This document shows positions 11,153-22,110 of a DNA stretch of 64,000 nt, one piece after another. Origin of the DNA: an uncultured bacterium. GTDB lineage: Bacteria; Desulfobacterota; Deferrimicrobia; Deferrimicrobiales; Deferrimicrobiaceae. The stretch is from positions 40 through 64,039 of the forward strand of contig CAVXQW010000013.1 of NCBI GenBank assembly GCA_963764045.1. The letters are read 5' to 3'. The notes under the pieces were generated by a model. The model worked only from the letters and a program-made list of their open reading frames with translations. It was not told where the DNA came from and made no database searches. Both the position numbers and the translations under genes were made by a program. The first letter of the stretch is position 1; each line of letters starts with the position of its first letter.

Positions 11153-11243
11153 AGCTTAAATCCGTAAATTACGGTGGGGTCCGAGCGCCGCCGCACGCGT
11201 TTCGACCGGGGATCGGGAAATCGGCGGGGATCGAGAACTCCGC

Positions 11244-11271
11244 TTGACGGTACGCCGCGGCCTGATAGAAT
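11244..11271 (+). promoter_or_regulatory. sigma70-type promoter for the sigma54 activator gene
   Basis: TTGACG (11244-11249), 16-nt spacer, TAGAAT (11266-11271). AGGAGGA Shine-Dalgarno at about 11293, ATG at 11310. Confidence 0.5.
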
Positions 11272-11309
11272 ATCAAACACCTTTTTAAATCCAGGAGGAA
11301 CGTGACTTC

Positions 11310-13006
11310 ATGGCGAACGTCTACCCCGAGGTTGTTTCCCCCCACGATTCCGAGTGGCGGGATTACATCCAGCGGGGATGCGAGCGGGGGGTCCAGGGCA
11401 GGATCATCGAATCGTGGCAGCGGTGCGGCCAGGTGGGCCTCAACCCGCATGAGCGGAATATCCCCGCCCCGATCGAGTCCACGCAGTTCAATAAGCGGAT
11501 GCAGGAGAACCTCGAGATCGTCGAGTTGTACCAGTTCTACATACGCCGCTTTTCCGGATTGCTCGAACAGCTGGGCGCATGCTCCTTCGTCTGCGATACC
11601 GACGGTTTTATCCTGGCGCGGGCGGGGTACGGCAAGGTGCTGAACTTCTTCGACAATTTCTCCCTCTCCGAAGGAAGTTCCTGCTGCGAAAAAGTGATCG
11701 GGACGAACGCTCCGAGCCTGGCCCTCATCACCCGCGAGCCGGTGGTGGTCACGGCCGACGAACATTACACGAAGACCTACCACCCCGCGTTCTGCGCCGC
11801 TTCGCCGATTCTCGATGTGAACCGCAATCTCCTCGGATGCGTGGATATAACGAAGTTCTTCGACCCCAACATCTCCGAGGAACTCCGGAAGCACCTCCTG
11901 AACCTGGCGATCTCCCTCTCCGACATGATCCGCAACGAGGTCTTTCTCGGGCGGCTCACGAAGTCTTCCCCCGTGTATCACCCGGCGTGGGGCGCAGCCC
12001 CCCGCGGACCCTCACGATCCTTCAAAAGGAGGCGTTCCGGACGACAAGCCGCGTCCCTCCTTTCGCCCGGATCGTCGGTTCGGCCCCGCCGCTCGCCAAA
12101 GCGATGCAGTCGGCGAGGATGTACGGCCGCAAGGAGGGGAACATCCTCATCCTCGGGGAGACCGGGACCGGGAAGGAGCTCTTCGCCCAGGCGATTCACA
12201 ATGAGGACCGGCGGGCGAACGGCCCTTTCGTGACGGTCAACTGCGCCGCGATTCCGCTGGAGCTGGCGGAGAGCGAGCTGTTCGGGTACGAGAGGGGATC
12301 GTTCACGGGTGCGAGGAACGAAGGCCACCCCGGGAAGTTCGAGATGGCCCACCAGGGGACGATCTTCCTCGACGAGATCAACTCGATGCCGCTGCCGATC
12401 CAGGCGAAGATCCTGCGCGTCGTGGAGACGAAACGGGTCACGCGGATCAACGGGAAGAGGGAGATCCCGGTCGATTTGCGAATCATCGCGGCGAGCAACC
12501 GGGTGCTGGCCGACGAGGTGGCCGCCGGAACGTTCCGCAAGGATCTCTTCTACCGGCTGAACGTCCTTCCGTTGCGGGTTCCCGCGCTGCGGGAGATGAA
12601 GGAGGACATCCCCGCCCTCCTCGACGCCTTCTTCCAGACGTGCGTGACGGAGCACGGCGTCTGCCGGAAACGGATTTCGCCGGAAGCGTTGCGGCACCTG
12701 GTCGCGTACGACTGGCCCGGCAATGTGCGGGAGCTGAAGAATTGCGCGGAGTACCTCTGTTTCACGGTGGAAACCGACGTGGTCGCGGAACACCACCTCC
12801 CCCCCGAGATCCTCGCCCGGAGGGTCGAGGCGCCCGAGCCGCCGGCGGCGCCGGAGGAGCCGAAGAACCTCGGGTCGCTCGAACGGACGTTCCTCATCGA
12901 GACGATGCACCGGTTCCACGGAAACGCGGTCGAGGCTGCGAAGTCGCTCGGGATCTCCCGGAGCACCTTGTACCGCAAGCTCAAGAAGTACGGGATCACG
13001 CCGTAG
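11310..13006 (+). pseudogene. sigma54-dependent transcriptional activator, AcoR-like (sensor + AAA+ + Fis HTH), one frameshift near 11980-12000
   Basis: AcoR-type N-terminus RIIESWQRCGQVGLNP.. and a GAF-like region in ORF 11310-12233. The AAA+ core ILILGETGTGKELFAQAIH..GSFTGA..GKFEMAHQGTIFLDEI, and RELKN and SLGISRSTLYRKLKKYGI, are in ORF 11579-13006. Confidence 0.85.
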
Positions 13007-13481
13007 CGGGATTCCTCCGGTAGAGGCCGCTCCTTCCGCCCTCCTTCGAGAGCAGGAAGACGTCCCCGATCGAGATCCCCCGGTCCGCCCCCTTGCACAT
13101 GTCGTAGATCGTGAGCGCGGCGACCGACGCCGAGACCATCGCCTCCATCTCCACGCCGGTCCGGTCGAACGCCTTCACGGTGCTCGTGATAACGACCGCC
13201 CCCCGCTCCCCGTCCACCTCGAATTCGACCGACGCCTCGGTGAGCGCGATCGGGTGTGCCAGCGGGATCAGGTCGCACGTCTTCTTCGCCGCGGTGATCC
13301 CCGCGATCCGGGCGATCCCGAGCACATCGCCCTTTTTCATTCCGGCGACCGTGATCGCGGCGACCGTCTCCTTCTTCATGAGGACCGTGGCGGTCGCAAC
13401 CGCCGTGCGGCGCGTCGGCTCCTTCGCCCCCACATCCACCATCACGGCCCGCCCGGCGTCGTCGAAATGATTGAACGGCAT
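12996..13481 (-). CDS. moaC: cyclic pyranopterin monophosphate synthase MoaC
   Basis: VMVDVGAKEPTRRTAVA..KGDVLGIARIAGITAAKKTCDLIPLAHP..TGVEMEAMVSASVAALTIYDMCK. Confidence 0.9.
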   Translation of the reverse strand: MPFNHFDDAGRAVMVDVGAKEPTRRTAVATATVLMKKETVAAITVAGMKKGDVLGIARIAGITAAKKTCDLIPLAHPIALTEASVEFEVDGERGAVVITSTVKAFDRTGVEMEAMVSASVAALTIYDMCKGADRGISIGDVFLLSKEGGRSGLYRRNPATA

Positions 13482-13618
13482 TGCCCCCTCCTAAGCGCTG
13501 CGTTTCATGACTTCGACTGCATTCGACCCGTCTTCATTTTGCCCCTCGTGCCAAACCGGGGGTACCCCGGGGAGCGCAATTCATACGGGAGTGGGGGCCC
13601 TCTCCCCTCCCCGCGCCC

Positions 13619-14086
13619 TCAGGAGATCCGCTCGATGGCGTCCCCGGGGGAAACCTTGCCGGGCCGGATGACCCGGGCGAAGATCCCTTCCCTCGGCATC
13701 ACGCAATCTCCCGCCTGGTGGTAGATGGCGCACCGGGTATGGCACTCCTTCCCGATCTGCGTCACCTCGAGAACCGCTTCCCCGATGCGGAACCGCGCCC
13801 CCACCGGAAGCGCCGTCAGGAGGATCCCCTCGGTGGTCACGTTCTCGGCGAAGTCGCCGGCCGACACCGAGAGCCCCTTTTGCCGCATCTTCTCGATACT
13901 CTCCGCCGCCAGCAGGCTCACCTGGCGGTGGCCGTCCCCGGCGTGGGCGTCCCCTCTCACACCGTGGTCCGCGACGAGCGCGACCGACGGGACCGGCTTC
14001 TTCCGCTCCCCTTTCCGCTCGCTCACGCAGACCGCGGTCACCCGCGCGCCCGATCCGCCCTCTTTCCGCCGATCCTCCACCGCCAC
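13619..14086 (-). CDS. MOSC-domain protein
   Basis: ADHGVRGDAHAG..RQVSLLAAESIEKM..FAENVTTEGI..EVTQIGKECHTRCAIY. Confidence 0.75.
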   Translation of the reverse strand: MAVEDRRKEGGSGARVTAVCVSERKGERKKPVPSVALVADHGVRGDAHAGDGHRQVSLLAAESIEKMRQKGLSVSAGDFAENVTTEGILLTALPVGARFRIGEAVLEVTQIGKECHTRCAIYHQAGDCVMPREGIFARVIRPGKVSPGDAIERIS

Positions 14087-14120
14087 CCTCTCCTTCTCCC
14101 GCCGCCGGCCCGCTTCCGGG

Positions 14121-15131
14121 TCAGGGGACGAGAACCGCGCGGAAGACGACCTTCCCCGCGCGCAACTTTCCGATCACTTCGTTCACCTTCCCCAGCGGGT
14201 GCCGCTCGACCACCGGGGCGATTCCGTGCTCCGCGGCAAACCGGAGCATCGCCTCCATGTCGTCCCGGGTGCCGGTCACCGAGCCCCGGATCGTCTTCTG
14301 CCCCTGGAGGAGGGCCGCGGGGACGAACGACGCGCTCTCCGCGACGGTTGCGAGGACCACGAGCGTCCCGTTCACGCCGAGGCCCGGGACGCACTGCTCG
14401 AATAGACGCGCGGAAGCCGCCGTGAGCAGGATCAGGTCGGCGCCCCCCATCGAGGAGAGCCGATTGGCGACCTTCTCCGTCCTGGAAAAGATTATCTCAC
14501 GGGCGCCCAGCCGCAGCACGAGATCGCCCCTCTCCTCCTCCTCGAGGATCGCGATGACCCGGGCCCCCATCGCGGACGCCATCCGCACCGCCAGGTGCCC
14601 GAGACCGCCGATCCCGGCGACGGCGACGGTCTTCCCGGCGATGTCCCCCGCCCTGCGCAGCGGCGCGAACACGGTGACCCCGGCGCAAAGGAGCGGGGCG
14701 GAATCGACGAGGTCGAGCGGATCCGGGATCCGGTGGACGAACGCCGCGGGCGCCTTCACGTACTCCGCATAGCCGCCGTCCACGGTAACCCCGGTCCCCC
14801 TCTGCGCCTCGCAGAGCATCTCGGCCCCTTCGCTGCACGACGCGCACTCCCCACAGGCGAACTGCATCCACGGGACGCCCACCCGGTCCCCGGGGATGAA
14901 TCCCTTCGCATCGGGACCGGCTACCTCGACGACCCCGGTCACTTCGTGCCCCGGTATGAACGGGGGCTTCGTACCCCACTGTCTCCACTCACCGTCGATC
15001 AGGTGGAGGTCGCTGTGGCAGACCCCGCACGCGCTCACGCGGATCAGAAGTTCGGCGGGGCCGGGGGAAGGCGCGGGAACCACCGAGAGGACGAGCGGCG
15101 ACCCGAACGCCTCGCAGACGGCGGCATTCAC
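14121..15131 (-). CDS. zinc-dependent alcohol dehydrogenase
   Basis: GVCHSDLH, GHEVTGVVEVG, structural-zinc Cys cluster CGECASCSEGAEMLC, and GIGGLGHLAV Rossmann motif. The start overlaps the moeA stop (ATGA). Confidence 0.85.
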   Translation of the reverse strand: MNAAVCEAFGSPLVLSVVPAPSPGPAELLIRVSACGVCHSDLHLIDGEWRQWGTKPPFIPGHEVTGVVEVAGPDAKGFIPGDRVGVPWMQFACGECASCSEGAEMLCEAQRGTGVTVDGGYAEYVKAPAAFVHRIPDPLDLVDSAPLLCAGVTVFAPLRRAGDIAGKTVAVAGIGGLGHLAVRMASAMGARVIAILEEEERGDLVLRLGAREIIFSRTEKVANRLSSMGGADLILLTAASARLFEQCVPGLGVNGTLVVLATVAESASFVPAALLQGQKTIRGSVTGTRDDMEAMLRFAAEHGIAPVVERHPLGKVNEVIGKLRAGKVVFRAVLVP

Positions 15132-16331
15132 GAGAGCGATTCCCCGAGCAGGAGAACATCCACCTTATCTCCCGCGGCGAAGGAGGTTCTGTCGGCCGGA
15201 AGAACCGCGAGGGCATCGGCGAGAACCATCGTCCGGAGGATCCCGGTGTTCTGGTCCCCGGCGGAAGAGGCGAAATATTCCCCGCCACGAACCTCGATCC
15301 CGACCCGAAGGAAGTTCACCTTCCCGGGTTTTTTCCGCACCTCTCCGGTGAGGGTCGCCTTGACCAGCGGCCGCACCACCCTTTTGCGCCCCATCATCCG
15401 GAGAAGCGCGGGCCGGACGAACGCCTCGAACGTGATCAGCGCGGACACCGGGTTCCCGGGGAGGGAGAAGACCGGCTTCCCGTCCTTCATCCCGAAGGCG
15501 GTCGGTCCGCCCGGCTTGATGTCGACCCGCAAGAAGCGGGAGGCGACCCCCCTCTCCGCCAGCACCTCCCGCACCAGGTCCCGGTCGCCCGCCGACACCC
15601 CGGCGGTGGTGACCAGGGCGTCCGCCTTCAACCCTTCGGAGATCTTTTCCGCGTGGCTTTCCAGGTCGTCGCGCGCGATGCCGAGGAGCACCGGCTTCCG
15701 CGCCCGCTTCCCGGACGGCGGCGGCGATCGCCACGCTGTTGCTGTTGATGATCATGCCGGGTGATGGCGTCTCGCCGAGCTCGATCAGCTCGTCGCCCGT
15801 GGAGAGCACCGCCACCCGGACCTTCCGGTAGACCGGGACGAACGCCTTCCCGAGCGAGGCCAGCATGCTGATCTCCGGCGGACGGAGAGGCGTCCCTTCC
15901 TGAAGGACCACCTCCCCCTCCCGCACGTCCTCCGCGCGGAACCGGATATGCTGACGGACCGTCACCCTCCCCTTCACGACGACGTGGCCGTCCGCCTCCT
16001 CCGTCTCCTCGATCGGGATCACCGCATCGCAGCCGGAAGGGGTTGGCGCGCCCGTCATGATCTTGACGGCGCATCCGGGCTGGACGGCGACCGACGCGGT
16101 TCCCCCCGCCGGGATGTACCCGGTGATCTTCAGGCGCGCCGGCCCGCGGCAATCGTCCGCCCGGACGGCATACCCGTCCATCGCGGAGTTGTCGCAGAAC
16201 GGGAGGGGCCACGGCGCGGCGACGTCCTCCGCGAGGGTCCTGCCCAGCGCCCGGCCGGTCTCGACCCGCTCGGTGCCCACCGGCGCGACGCTCTCCAGTA
16301 CGATGTTCCTGGCTTCCTCGTAGGTCGGCAT
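15128..16331 (-). pseudogene. moeA: molybdopterin molybdenum/tungsten transferase MoeA, one frameshift near 15690-15720
   Basis: N-terminal 2/3 in ORF 15165-16331 (FCDNSAMDGYAVRADD..IMTGAPTPSGCDAVIPIEE..VLSTGDEL). C-terminal third in ORF 15128-15691 (ALVTTAGVSAGDRDLV..PGGPTAFG..FSLPGNPVSALITFE). Confidence 0.85.
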
Positions 16332-16350
16332 GTGCGTCTTCCCCCGTTGG

Positions 16351-17025
16351 TTACGTCGGCGGCGGACCGTGAGAGGGGGCGATCCTTCCCCCTTCCAGCA
16401 CGATCGACCCGCCGTTGAGCCGGGCCGGATGGTCCGGGTCGTGCGTGGTCATCACGACCGTGGTCCCTCGCGAAGGGAGCGAGGCGATGACCGCCTCCAG
16501 CAGCCCGGCGGTCTCCCGGTCGATGTTCGCCAGCGGCTCGTCGAGGAGGAGAACCTCCGGGTCCACCGCCAGCGCGCGGGCCATCGCCACCCTTTGCGCT
16601 TCGCCGCCCGGAAAGCTCCCGGGCGTCGCGGTCGCGGAAACCATCCAGGCCCACCGTTTCCAGCGCCCGGTCCACCGCCCTCGGAGCCGCATCGCCCGCG
16701 ATCCCTCTCGCCTTCAGCCCGTACGCCACGTTCCGAACACCGTACCGCCGAAGAGGTACGGGGACTGGTGAAGCAGGGTCACCCTCCGGCGACGCCGCCT
16801 CACGATATCGCTCTTCCAGTCGATCCGCTCCCCCGCGTAGAAGATCTCCCCGGTGCTGGGGGGCGTCAGGAACGCGAGGATACCCAGCAGCGTGCTCTTC
16901 CCCGCGCCGTTGGCCCCCGTGAGGGTATACAGGCGGCCCGAGTCGATCGTCAGCGCGTCGATGTCGACCGCGACGTTCGATCCGTACCGCTTGGTGACCG
17001 ACCGGAGCCGGTACAGTTCGGTCAA
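16351..17025 (-). pseudogene. short ABC-transporter ATPase (TupC-like, no TOBE tail), two frameshifts
   Basis: Walker A TGANGAGKSTLL in ORF 16714-17025. The middle section is in ORF 16130-16729. The signature and Walker B FPGGEAQRVAMARALAVDPEVLLLDEP are in ORF 16351-16692. Confidence 0.7.
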
Positions 17026-17029
17026 GCGG

Positions 17030-17749
17030 CTACCTCCGCTGGAGGAGACTCAGGAACAGGTTGACGATCAGCGCAACGGTCATGAGAACGATCCCCAGCG
17101 CCATGCCGAACGAGAACTCCCCCTTGCTCGTCTCGAGCGCGATCGCCGTCGTCATCGTGCGGGTGTACCCGCGGATGTTCCCGCCGAGCATCATCGCCAC
17201 GCCCACCTCCGCGACGACCCGCCCGAAGCCCGCGATCACCGCGGCGAACACCCCGAACCGGATCTCCCCCATCAGCGTGGCCACCGTGCGGAACGGCCCG
17301 GCTCCCAGCGTGAGCGCCGTGGGGAGGATCCGCGGGTCCGCCCCCCGGACCGACGCGAAGGTGTAGTTCGCCACGATCGGGGAGGCGAGCAACGTGCCTC
17401 CGATCACGATCGCCGTGGGAGTGAAGAGCAGCCCCAGCGCCCCCAGCGGACCTTGCCGGCTCAGGAACCCGTAGACGAGGAGACCCACCACCACCGTCGG
17501 GACCGCCATGAGCGTGTTCAGCGCCGGTGACGACGAACCCTTTCCCACGGAAGTCGGAGAGCCCGACGGCAAGGCCCACCGGGACGCCGAAGAGAGCGGC
17601 GAAGACCGTCGCCCCCGCGGAGACCGACAGGGAGGTGCCCACCGCATCGACCACATCCGGGGAGAACGACCCGATCAGGCGCAGGGCCGCGGCGAAAGGA
17701 GGAAAAGAGGAAATCCAACCGGCGGCCCCGCGGCGATTCAGTTCAACAT
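17030..17749 (-). pseudogene. ABC-transporter permease (TupB/ModB-like oxyanion type), frameshifted
   Basis: ORF 17030-17656 has ALNTLMAVPTVVVGLLVY..LTLGAGPFRTVATLMGEIRFG..ALETSKGEF. The N-terminal FAAALRLIGSFSPDVVDAVGTSLSVS is in other frames. The candidate ATG at 17749 lies 5 nt after the modE stop. The start is uncertain. Confidence 0.6.
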
Positions 17750-17753
17750 CGCG

Positions 17754-18520
17754 TCAGGCATCGAGGCCAAGGATCACGCTGGACGCCTTGACCAGAGCGC
17801 AAACATGGTCGCCGATTTCCAGTTTCAAGGTTTTCGCGCTCTCCTCGGTCACGATCGCCGTCAACACGCTCCCGCCTTCCAGGGACACAGACACCTCGGC
17901 GTTCACCGGCCCGTGCACGACACGGCTCACCGTCCCGCACAACAGGTTCCGGGCGCTGACCTTCGCGTTGTGGAGGTCCTTCCCCAGAATCACGGCGCTC
18001 GCCTTGAAGAAGGCGTACGCCTCCACCCCGGGCTTGAGGCCAAGGACCGCGGCGCTCTCGTTCGTGATGACCGCGCAGAGGGTCTCCCCCCCTTCAACCC
18101 GACGGTGACCTCCGTGCTGACGGCGCCTTTGCGGACCTCTTTCACCTTGCCCAGAAACACGTTCCTCGCGCTGACACGCATGGCGACCCTCCGAAGCAGG
18201 GAGTAGAGGCGACCCACATCCCCGAGACGCCCCTCGAGACGCCCGATAAACTTTTGATGCTCGCCCTGCAGGACGCGGTACAGCCGGACCGTTTCTTTCC
18301 CCTCTTCCGTAAGCATTGTACCACCGCCGCCGACGCCCCCCGCCGCTCGGTGGACGAGAGGTCTTTCCGAGGCGTTGTTCATCGCGTCCACGGCGTCCCA
18401 GGCGGTCTTGTAGCTGATCCCGACCTCGCGGGCCGCGCCGCTGATCGACCCGCGCCGGTCGATCGCCTCCAGCAGCCCGATCCGATTCCCCCCGACAAAC
18501 GCCCGGTCCGCCCGCCGCAT
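17754..18520 (-). pseudogene. modE: ModE-like molybdate/tungstate-responsive regulator (HTH + two Mop/TOBE domains), one frameshift near 18030-18090
   Basis: IGLLEAIDRRGSISGAAREVGISYKTAWDAVDAMNN in ORF 17990-18520. The first TOBE domain MRVSARNVFLGKVKEV.. and the second VSARNLLCGTVSRVVHGPVNAEVSV (ORF 17754-18026) follow. Confidence 0.8.
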
Positions 18521-18684
18521 GGAGAGGGTCGCCGCGATCGATACGACTCCATCCGCCCCGCGTGACGTCGAACGCCGGGCACCGGAAGCGCGTGTTCCGC
18601 CGTGCTTCCCCTTAATTTTTTCTCCCCTCCCGGTTCCACGTTTTGTGCCTGCGGTGCGTTTGGTACTTACTATATAACGGTTGC

Positions 18685-18709
18685 AAAAAAAAATCCCGCC
18701 CGGGTCGGG
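18685..18709 (-). terminator. rho-independent terminator after the aor-moaD-thiF unit
   Basis: On the minus strand a GC-rich hairpin CCCGACCCGGGCGGG (18695-18709) abuts the thiF-like stop. It is followed by A plus a T9 run (18685-18693). Confidence 0.5.
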
Positions 18710-19561
18710 TCACCCTGTCTTCCCGGGCGCGATCGGGATCTCCTCGAACTCCATGTCCAGGAACTCCATGTCCAGCAGATTGAGAAACAGCATCCTTCCG
18801 TTCAGGCATCTCCCCTGTCCGAGAAGGATCTTGCACACCTCGGCCACCTGCAGGCTGGCGACCACGGCCGGCGTGAAGGACGGGTTCCCGAGCCGGGTCT
18901 CCACGCCCCTTTGCTCCTTCCCCGACGGATAAATATGCCGGGAGATGTCTTCGCCGGGCATCTGGGTGGCCATCTGTCCGTACCATCCGGCGATGGCACC
19001 GTGCACCATCGGAATCCCGAGGTCCCGACAGGCGTGGGCAAGGTCCATCCGCGCGGTCACGGTGTCCAGGGCGTCGACGACCGCATCCGCTCCCGAAAGC
19101 AGATTCTCCGCATTCTCCCGGGAAAAGGAGGACCTCACCGGGATCACCCTTACGGCGGGGTTGACGTTCCCCACGCGCTTCACCGCCGCGTCGACCTTCG
19201 GAACCCCAAGGTTCGCCGGCAACGCAAGGAGCTGCCGATTCAGGTTGTGCTCCTCGAACGTGTCAGGGTCCACCACCACGAGGGTCCCGGTACCGAGCCG
19301 TGCGAGCTCTTCGACGAGGTACCCCCCGAGGCCACCGGCCCCGACGATCACCACCCGGGAGCGGAACAGTTTGAGTTGGTCGGAAACCGAAAGGGTCTGC
19401 CGGTTCCTCTGATAGCGCGCCGGCATCAGCCCCAGTTCCAGCGCCGTCTCCTCGATCTGTCCGACGCGAAGTTGAAACCGTTCCGCCGCGCCCACCTGGG
19501 CCGACCAGGGAAACAGGTCGCCCTGGGCATGGGTCAGCAGGTAGACGCGAAGATCTTCCAA
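18710..19561 (-). CDS. ThiF/MoeB/HesA-family E1-like adenylyltransferase
   Basis: RVVIVGAGGLGGYLVEELARLGTGTLVVVDPDTFEEHNLNRQ. The gene starts 1 nt after the upstream MoaD-like stop. Confidence 0.8.
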   Translation of the reverse strand: MEDLRVYLLTHAQGDLFPWSAQVGAAERFQLRVGQIEETALELGLMPARYQRNRQTLSVSDQLKLFRSRVVIVGAGGLGGYLVEELARLGTGTLVVVDPDTFEEHNLNRQLLALPANLGVPKVDAAVKRVGNVNPAVRVIPVRSSFSRENAENLLSGADAVVDALDTVTARMDLAHACRDLGIPMVHGAIAGWYGQMATQMPGEDISRHIYPSGKEQRGVETRLGNPSFTPAVVASLQVAEVCKILLGQGRCLNGRMLFLNLLDMEFLDMEFEEIPIAPGKTG

Positions 19562-19562
19562 A

Positions 19563-19790
19563 TCATCCCCCGCCTACCAGGGGGAAGATGGCGACGGTGT
19601 CGCCGTCCGCCAGTTCCCGCATCCGCTCCGCGTGGCGGCCGTTGACCAGGAGGATCCCGATCTCGCTTTCCGGCAGCCGCGCATCTTCGACGACCTTCGA
19701 CACCGTCGACCCCGGGGGAACGATCCGGATTTCCATGTCGAACCGCCCTTTGCGGAACGTCGCGAACAGCTTCACCGTAACCCGCATCAC
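19563..19790 (-). CDS. MoaD/ThiS-family sulfur-carrier protein (C-terminal GG)
   Basis: 75 aa, beta-grasp-like MRVTVKLFATFR.. ending ..DTVAIFPLVGGG. Confidence 0.75.
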   Translation of the reverse strand: MMRVTVKLFATFRKGRFDMEIRIVPPGSTVSKVVEDARLPESEIGILLVNGRHAERMRELADGDTVAIFPLVGGG

Positions 19791-19833
19791 CCCTCCACCG
19801 CCGCGATGTGACGCCGCCAGGTCCCCTCCCTCG

Positions 19834-21570
19834 CTACCAGTTGAAAACCTTGTCCAGATCCTCGTCCGTCACCTGGAAGGTTACGTTGTGGGGCGGAATC
19901 GACTCCTTCAGGAAAAACCGCGGCAGCCGGTCGTGGTGCTTCGTGAACCCGGCGCGGGTGTTGAAGTCCCTTTCCATCTTGAGGATGCTCATCCCGAGCG
20001 CCGTGACGTCGTCCCCCGTCAGGGTGATGCCGTGGAAGGCACCGATCATGTCCAGGAGAGCCTGGAAGGTCTCGGGCTGGTCCAGGAGAGGGAAGGCGAT
20101 GAAGAGGCACATCCCGGTGGAATCGACCGCCGCCGTCGCGATCTGGAGGTTTCGGGACATCTCGACCTGCCCTTCCGGCTTGAGAGGGTCCAGGTTCCCG
20201 CCGGACTTGAGGACGTTCGGGCCCACCGAGTACCCCGCCGTGTGGTCGGCGCCCTGGGTGCTCGTCGCGTACGTCACCCCGATCCCCATGACCGCCCGCG
20301 GGTCGTACGCCGCCATCGCCTGCCCCTTGCACACGGGGACCCGCTCGACCCCGAAGACCTTGCCCGTGACCTCGGCGCCGCAGCCGAGGATCCTCCCCAG
20401 CGGCGTTCCCTTCCCGATCTCTTCCACGAGCCGGATCGCACCCGCCCCGTCGCCGAAGGGGATCAACCCCGCCTCCATGGCGACACCCACCGCCGCGCCC
20501 GTATCCATGGTGTCGACGCCGAAGTTGTCGTCGAGGAAGTCGAGCCGGGCGATGACGTCGAGGTCGTCGATGCCGCAATTTCCGCCATGGGCCCAGACCG
20601 TCTCGTACTCCGGCTGCTTCGTCAGGTACTTGCCGTCCTTGTCGTGGTAGATCCCGGAGCACTGGATCACGCAGCCGCGATGGCAGCCGTGGGTGGCGAG
20701 TCCTCCCCGCTTCACCTCGAGCTCCGCCTGCACCTCGCCGCTGATCTTCGCCGCGTTCTCGAACCGCCCCGACCGGAAATTGTTCGTGGGGTAGGCGCCC
20801 GCCTCGTTGAGGACGTTGGTCAGCACGTTGGTGCCGTAGGCGGGGAGTCCCTCCCCGGTGATGGGGTGCTTCCGCAGCCCCTCGACGAACCGGCGGTTCG
20901 CATCCCGGAATTTCTCCGGGTCTTTGGGCGGCCGCATCTTCAACCCGGTGTCGTCCAGGATGATCGCCTTGACCCGCTTCGCCCCCATGACGGCTCCGGT
21001 CCCGCCGCGCCCGCAGTGCCGCGTCGGCCGCTTCTCCGGATCGGTGCATGCGATGGAGGCGGCCAGCAGCTTCATCTCCCCCGCGGTGCCGATGGTCATG
21101 TACGCCGCGCGGTCGCTGTACTGGCCCTTCAGCTTCTCGATGAGGGGGTAGTTCGGGAGATTCTTCAGGCTGTTGTCGACCGAGACCTCGACGCCGTCCT
21201 TGTTGATGAAGATCTTGTAGAGGTCGTCCCCCTCCGGCTTCCCCTCCAGCACGATCGCGGCGTACCCCAGCCTCGCCAGCACCTGCGCCGCCTGCCCGCC
21301 GGCATTCGATTCCTTGATCCCTCCCGTGAGGGGGCTCTTGCACCCCACCGAGATCCGTCCGCTCATGGCGGCGGGCGTGCCGCTGAGGGATCCGGGGGCG
21401 ATGACGAGCTTGTTCTCCGCGCCAAGGGGATGGCAAAGAGGGTGGACCTCCCTGGAGATGATCGCGGTGGTCATCGCACGCCCGCCGAGCCCGGCGAACT
21501 CGCCGACCGGTTCGGTCCTGAACTTCGGCCCGCCCTCCGCCCCCATGTCGACCCTCAGTATCTTGTCCAT
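19834..21570 (-). CDS. aor: tungsten-containing aldehyde:ferredoxin oxidoreductase family protein
   Basis: 578 aa starting at ATG 21570 (MDKILRVDMG..) inside ORF 19834-21696. AOR N-domain GLGGRAMTT..KLVIAPGSLSGT..SPLTGGIKESNAGG. Fe-S/pterin region THGCHRGCVIQCSG. AAGGAGAA Shine-Dalgarno. Confidence 0.9.
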   Translation of the reverse strand: MDKILRVDMGAEGGPKFRTEPVGEFAGLGGRAMTTAIISREVHPLCHPLGAENKLVIAPGSLSGTPAAMSGRISVGCKSPLTGGIKESNAGGQAAQVLARLGYAAIVLEGKPEGDDLYKIFINKDGVEVSVDNSLKNLPNYPLIEKLKGQYSDRAAYMTIGTAGEMKLLAASIACTDPEKRPTRHCGRGGTGAVMGAKRVKAIILDDTGLKMRPPKDPEKFRDANRRFVEGLRKHPITGEGLPAYGTNVLTNVLNEAGAYPTNNFRSGRFENAAKISGEVQAELEVKRGGLATHGCHRGCVIQCSGIYHDKDGKYLTKQPEYETVWAHGGNCGIDDLDVIARLDFLDDNFGVDTMDTGAAVGVAMEAGLIPFGDGAGAIRLVEEIGKGTPLGRILGCGAEVTGKVFGVERVPVCKGQAMAAYDPRAVMGIGVTYATSTQGADHTAGYSVGPNVLKSGGNLDPLKPEGQVEMSRNLQIATAAVDSTGMCLFIAFPLLDQPETFQALLDMIGAFHGITLTGDDVTALGMSILKMERDFNTRAGFTKHHDRLPRFFLKESIPPHNVTFQVTDEDLDKVFNW

Positions 21571-21638
21571 GCGCGTTCTCCTTTTCTGCCGGATGTTAAA
21601 TTGGAGCAAATGTACGCAGGTGACCAGGAGAAAAAGCA

Positions 21639-21652
21639 GCAATACCTGTGCC
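21639..21652 (-). promoter_or_regulatory. sigma54 (-24/-12) promoter upstream of aor
   Basis: The minus strand reads aCGGCACAGGTATTGCtg, giving GG-N10-GC geometry with GGCAC and TTGC. It lies about 70-80 nt upstream of the aor ATG. Confidence 0.6.
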
Positions 21653-21966
21653 GTACCGGGGGGCAAACCGGGTCCATATTGTCCCCGCGCGCCCACGTCG
21701 GGCCTCGAAGGAGCCGGCTGATTATATCCATTGTTTTATTTACTAGCAGTGTCAATGATAATACTCATTATTGCGGCAAGGCGCCGCATCCGTATGATTC
21801 CGCATTCCCCATCCGGAGAAGCGACACCGCCGCGATCCCTGGGAGGGGATCGGGTGCCGTCGTCAAAATCGGTGATTTTCAACTCTACCAAAGGCGCCAG
21901 CGGCGTAAAAATGGGAAGCGGCGGGTCCCCCCTTGTCTCATATTTGCACACGGGCGAGACGGTGTC

Positions 21967-22110
21967 GGCCGGATCAGACCCGGTTTCGGGAAAACAGAAA
22001 ACTACGTTCTGTTTTCCTTCCGGCCAGTGCCGTGGGAACGGGGCGGAATCACGGTTCCATCCGTACCGCCGATTTCCTCTTCGGGAAGAGGAAATCGGCG
22101 GTACGGATGG
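21967..22110 (+). promoter_or_regulatory. highly structured moaA 5' leader (candidate cis-regulatory RNA)
   Basis: Nested perfect helices: GGCCGGA (21967-21973) / TCCGGCC (22019-22025) enclose GGAAAACAGAA (21989-21999) / TTCTGTTTTCC (22007-22017). A 54-nt perfect palindrome at 22057-22110 (26-nt arms) ends 7 nt before the moaA ATG and covers the GGATGG Shine-Dalgarno-like sequence. Confidence 0.5.
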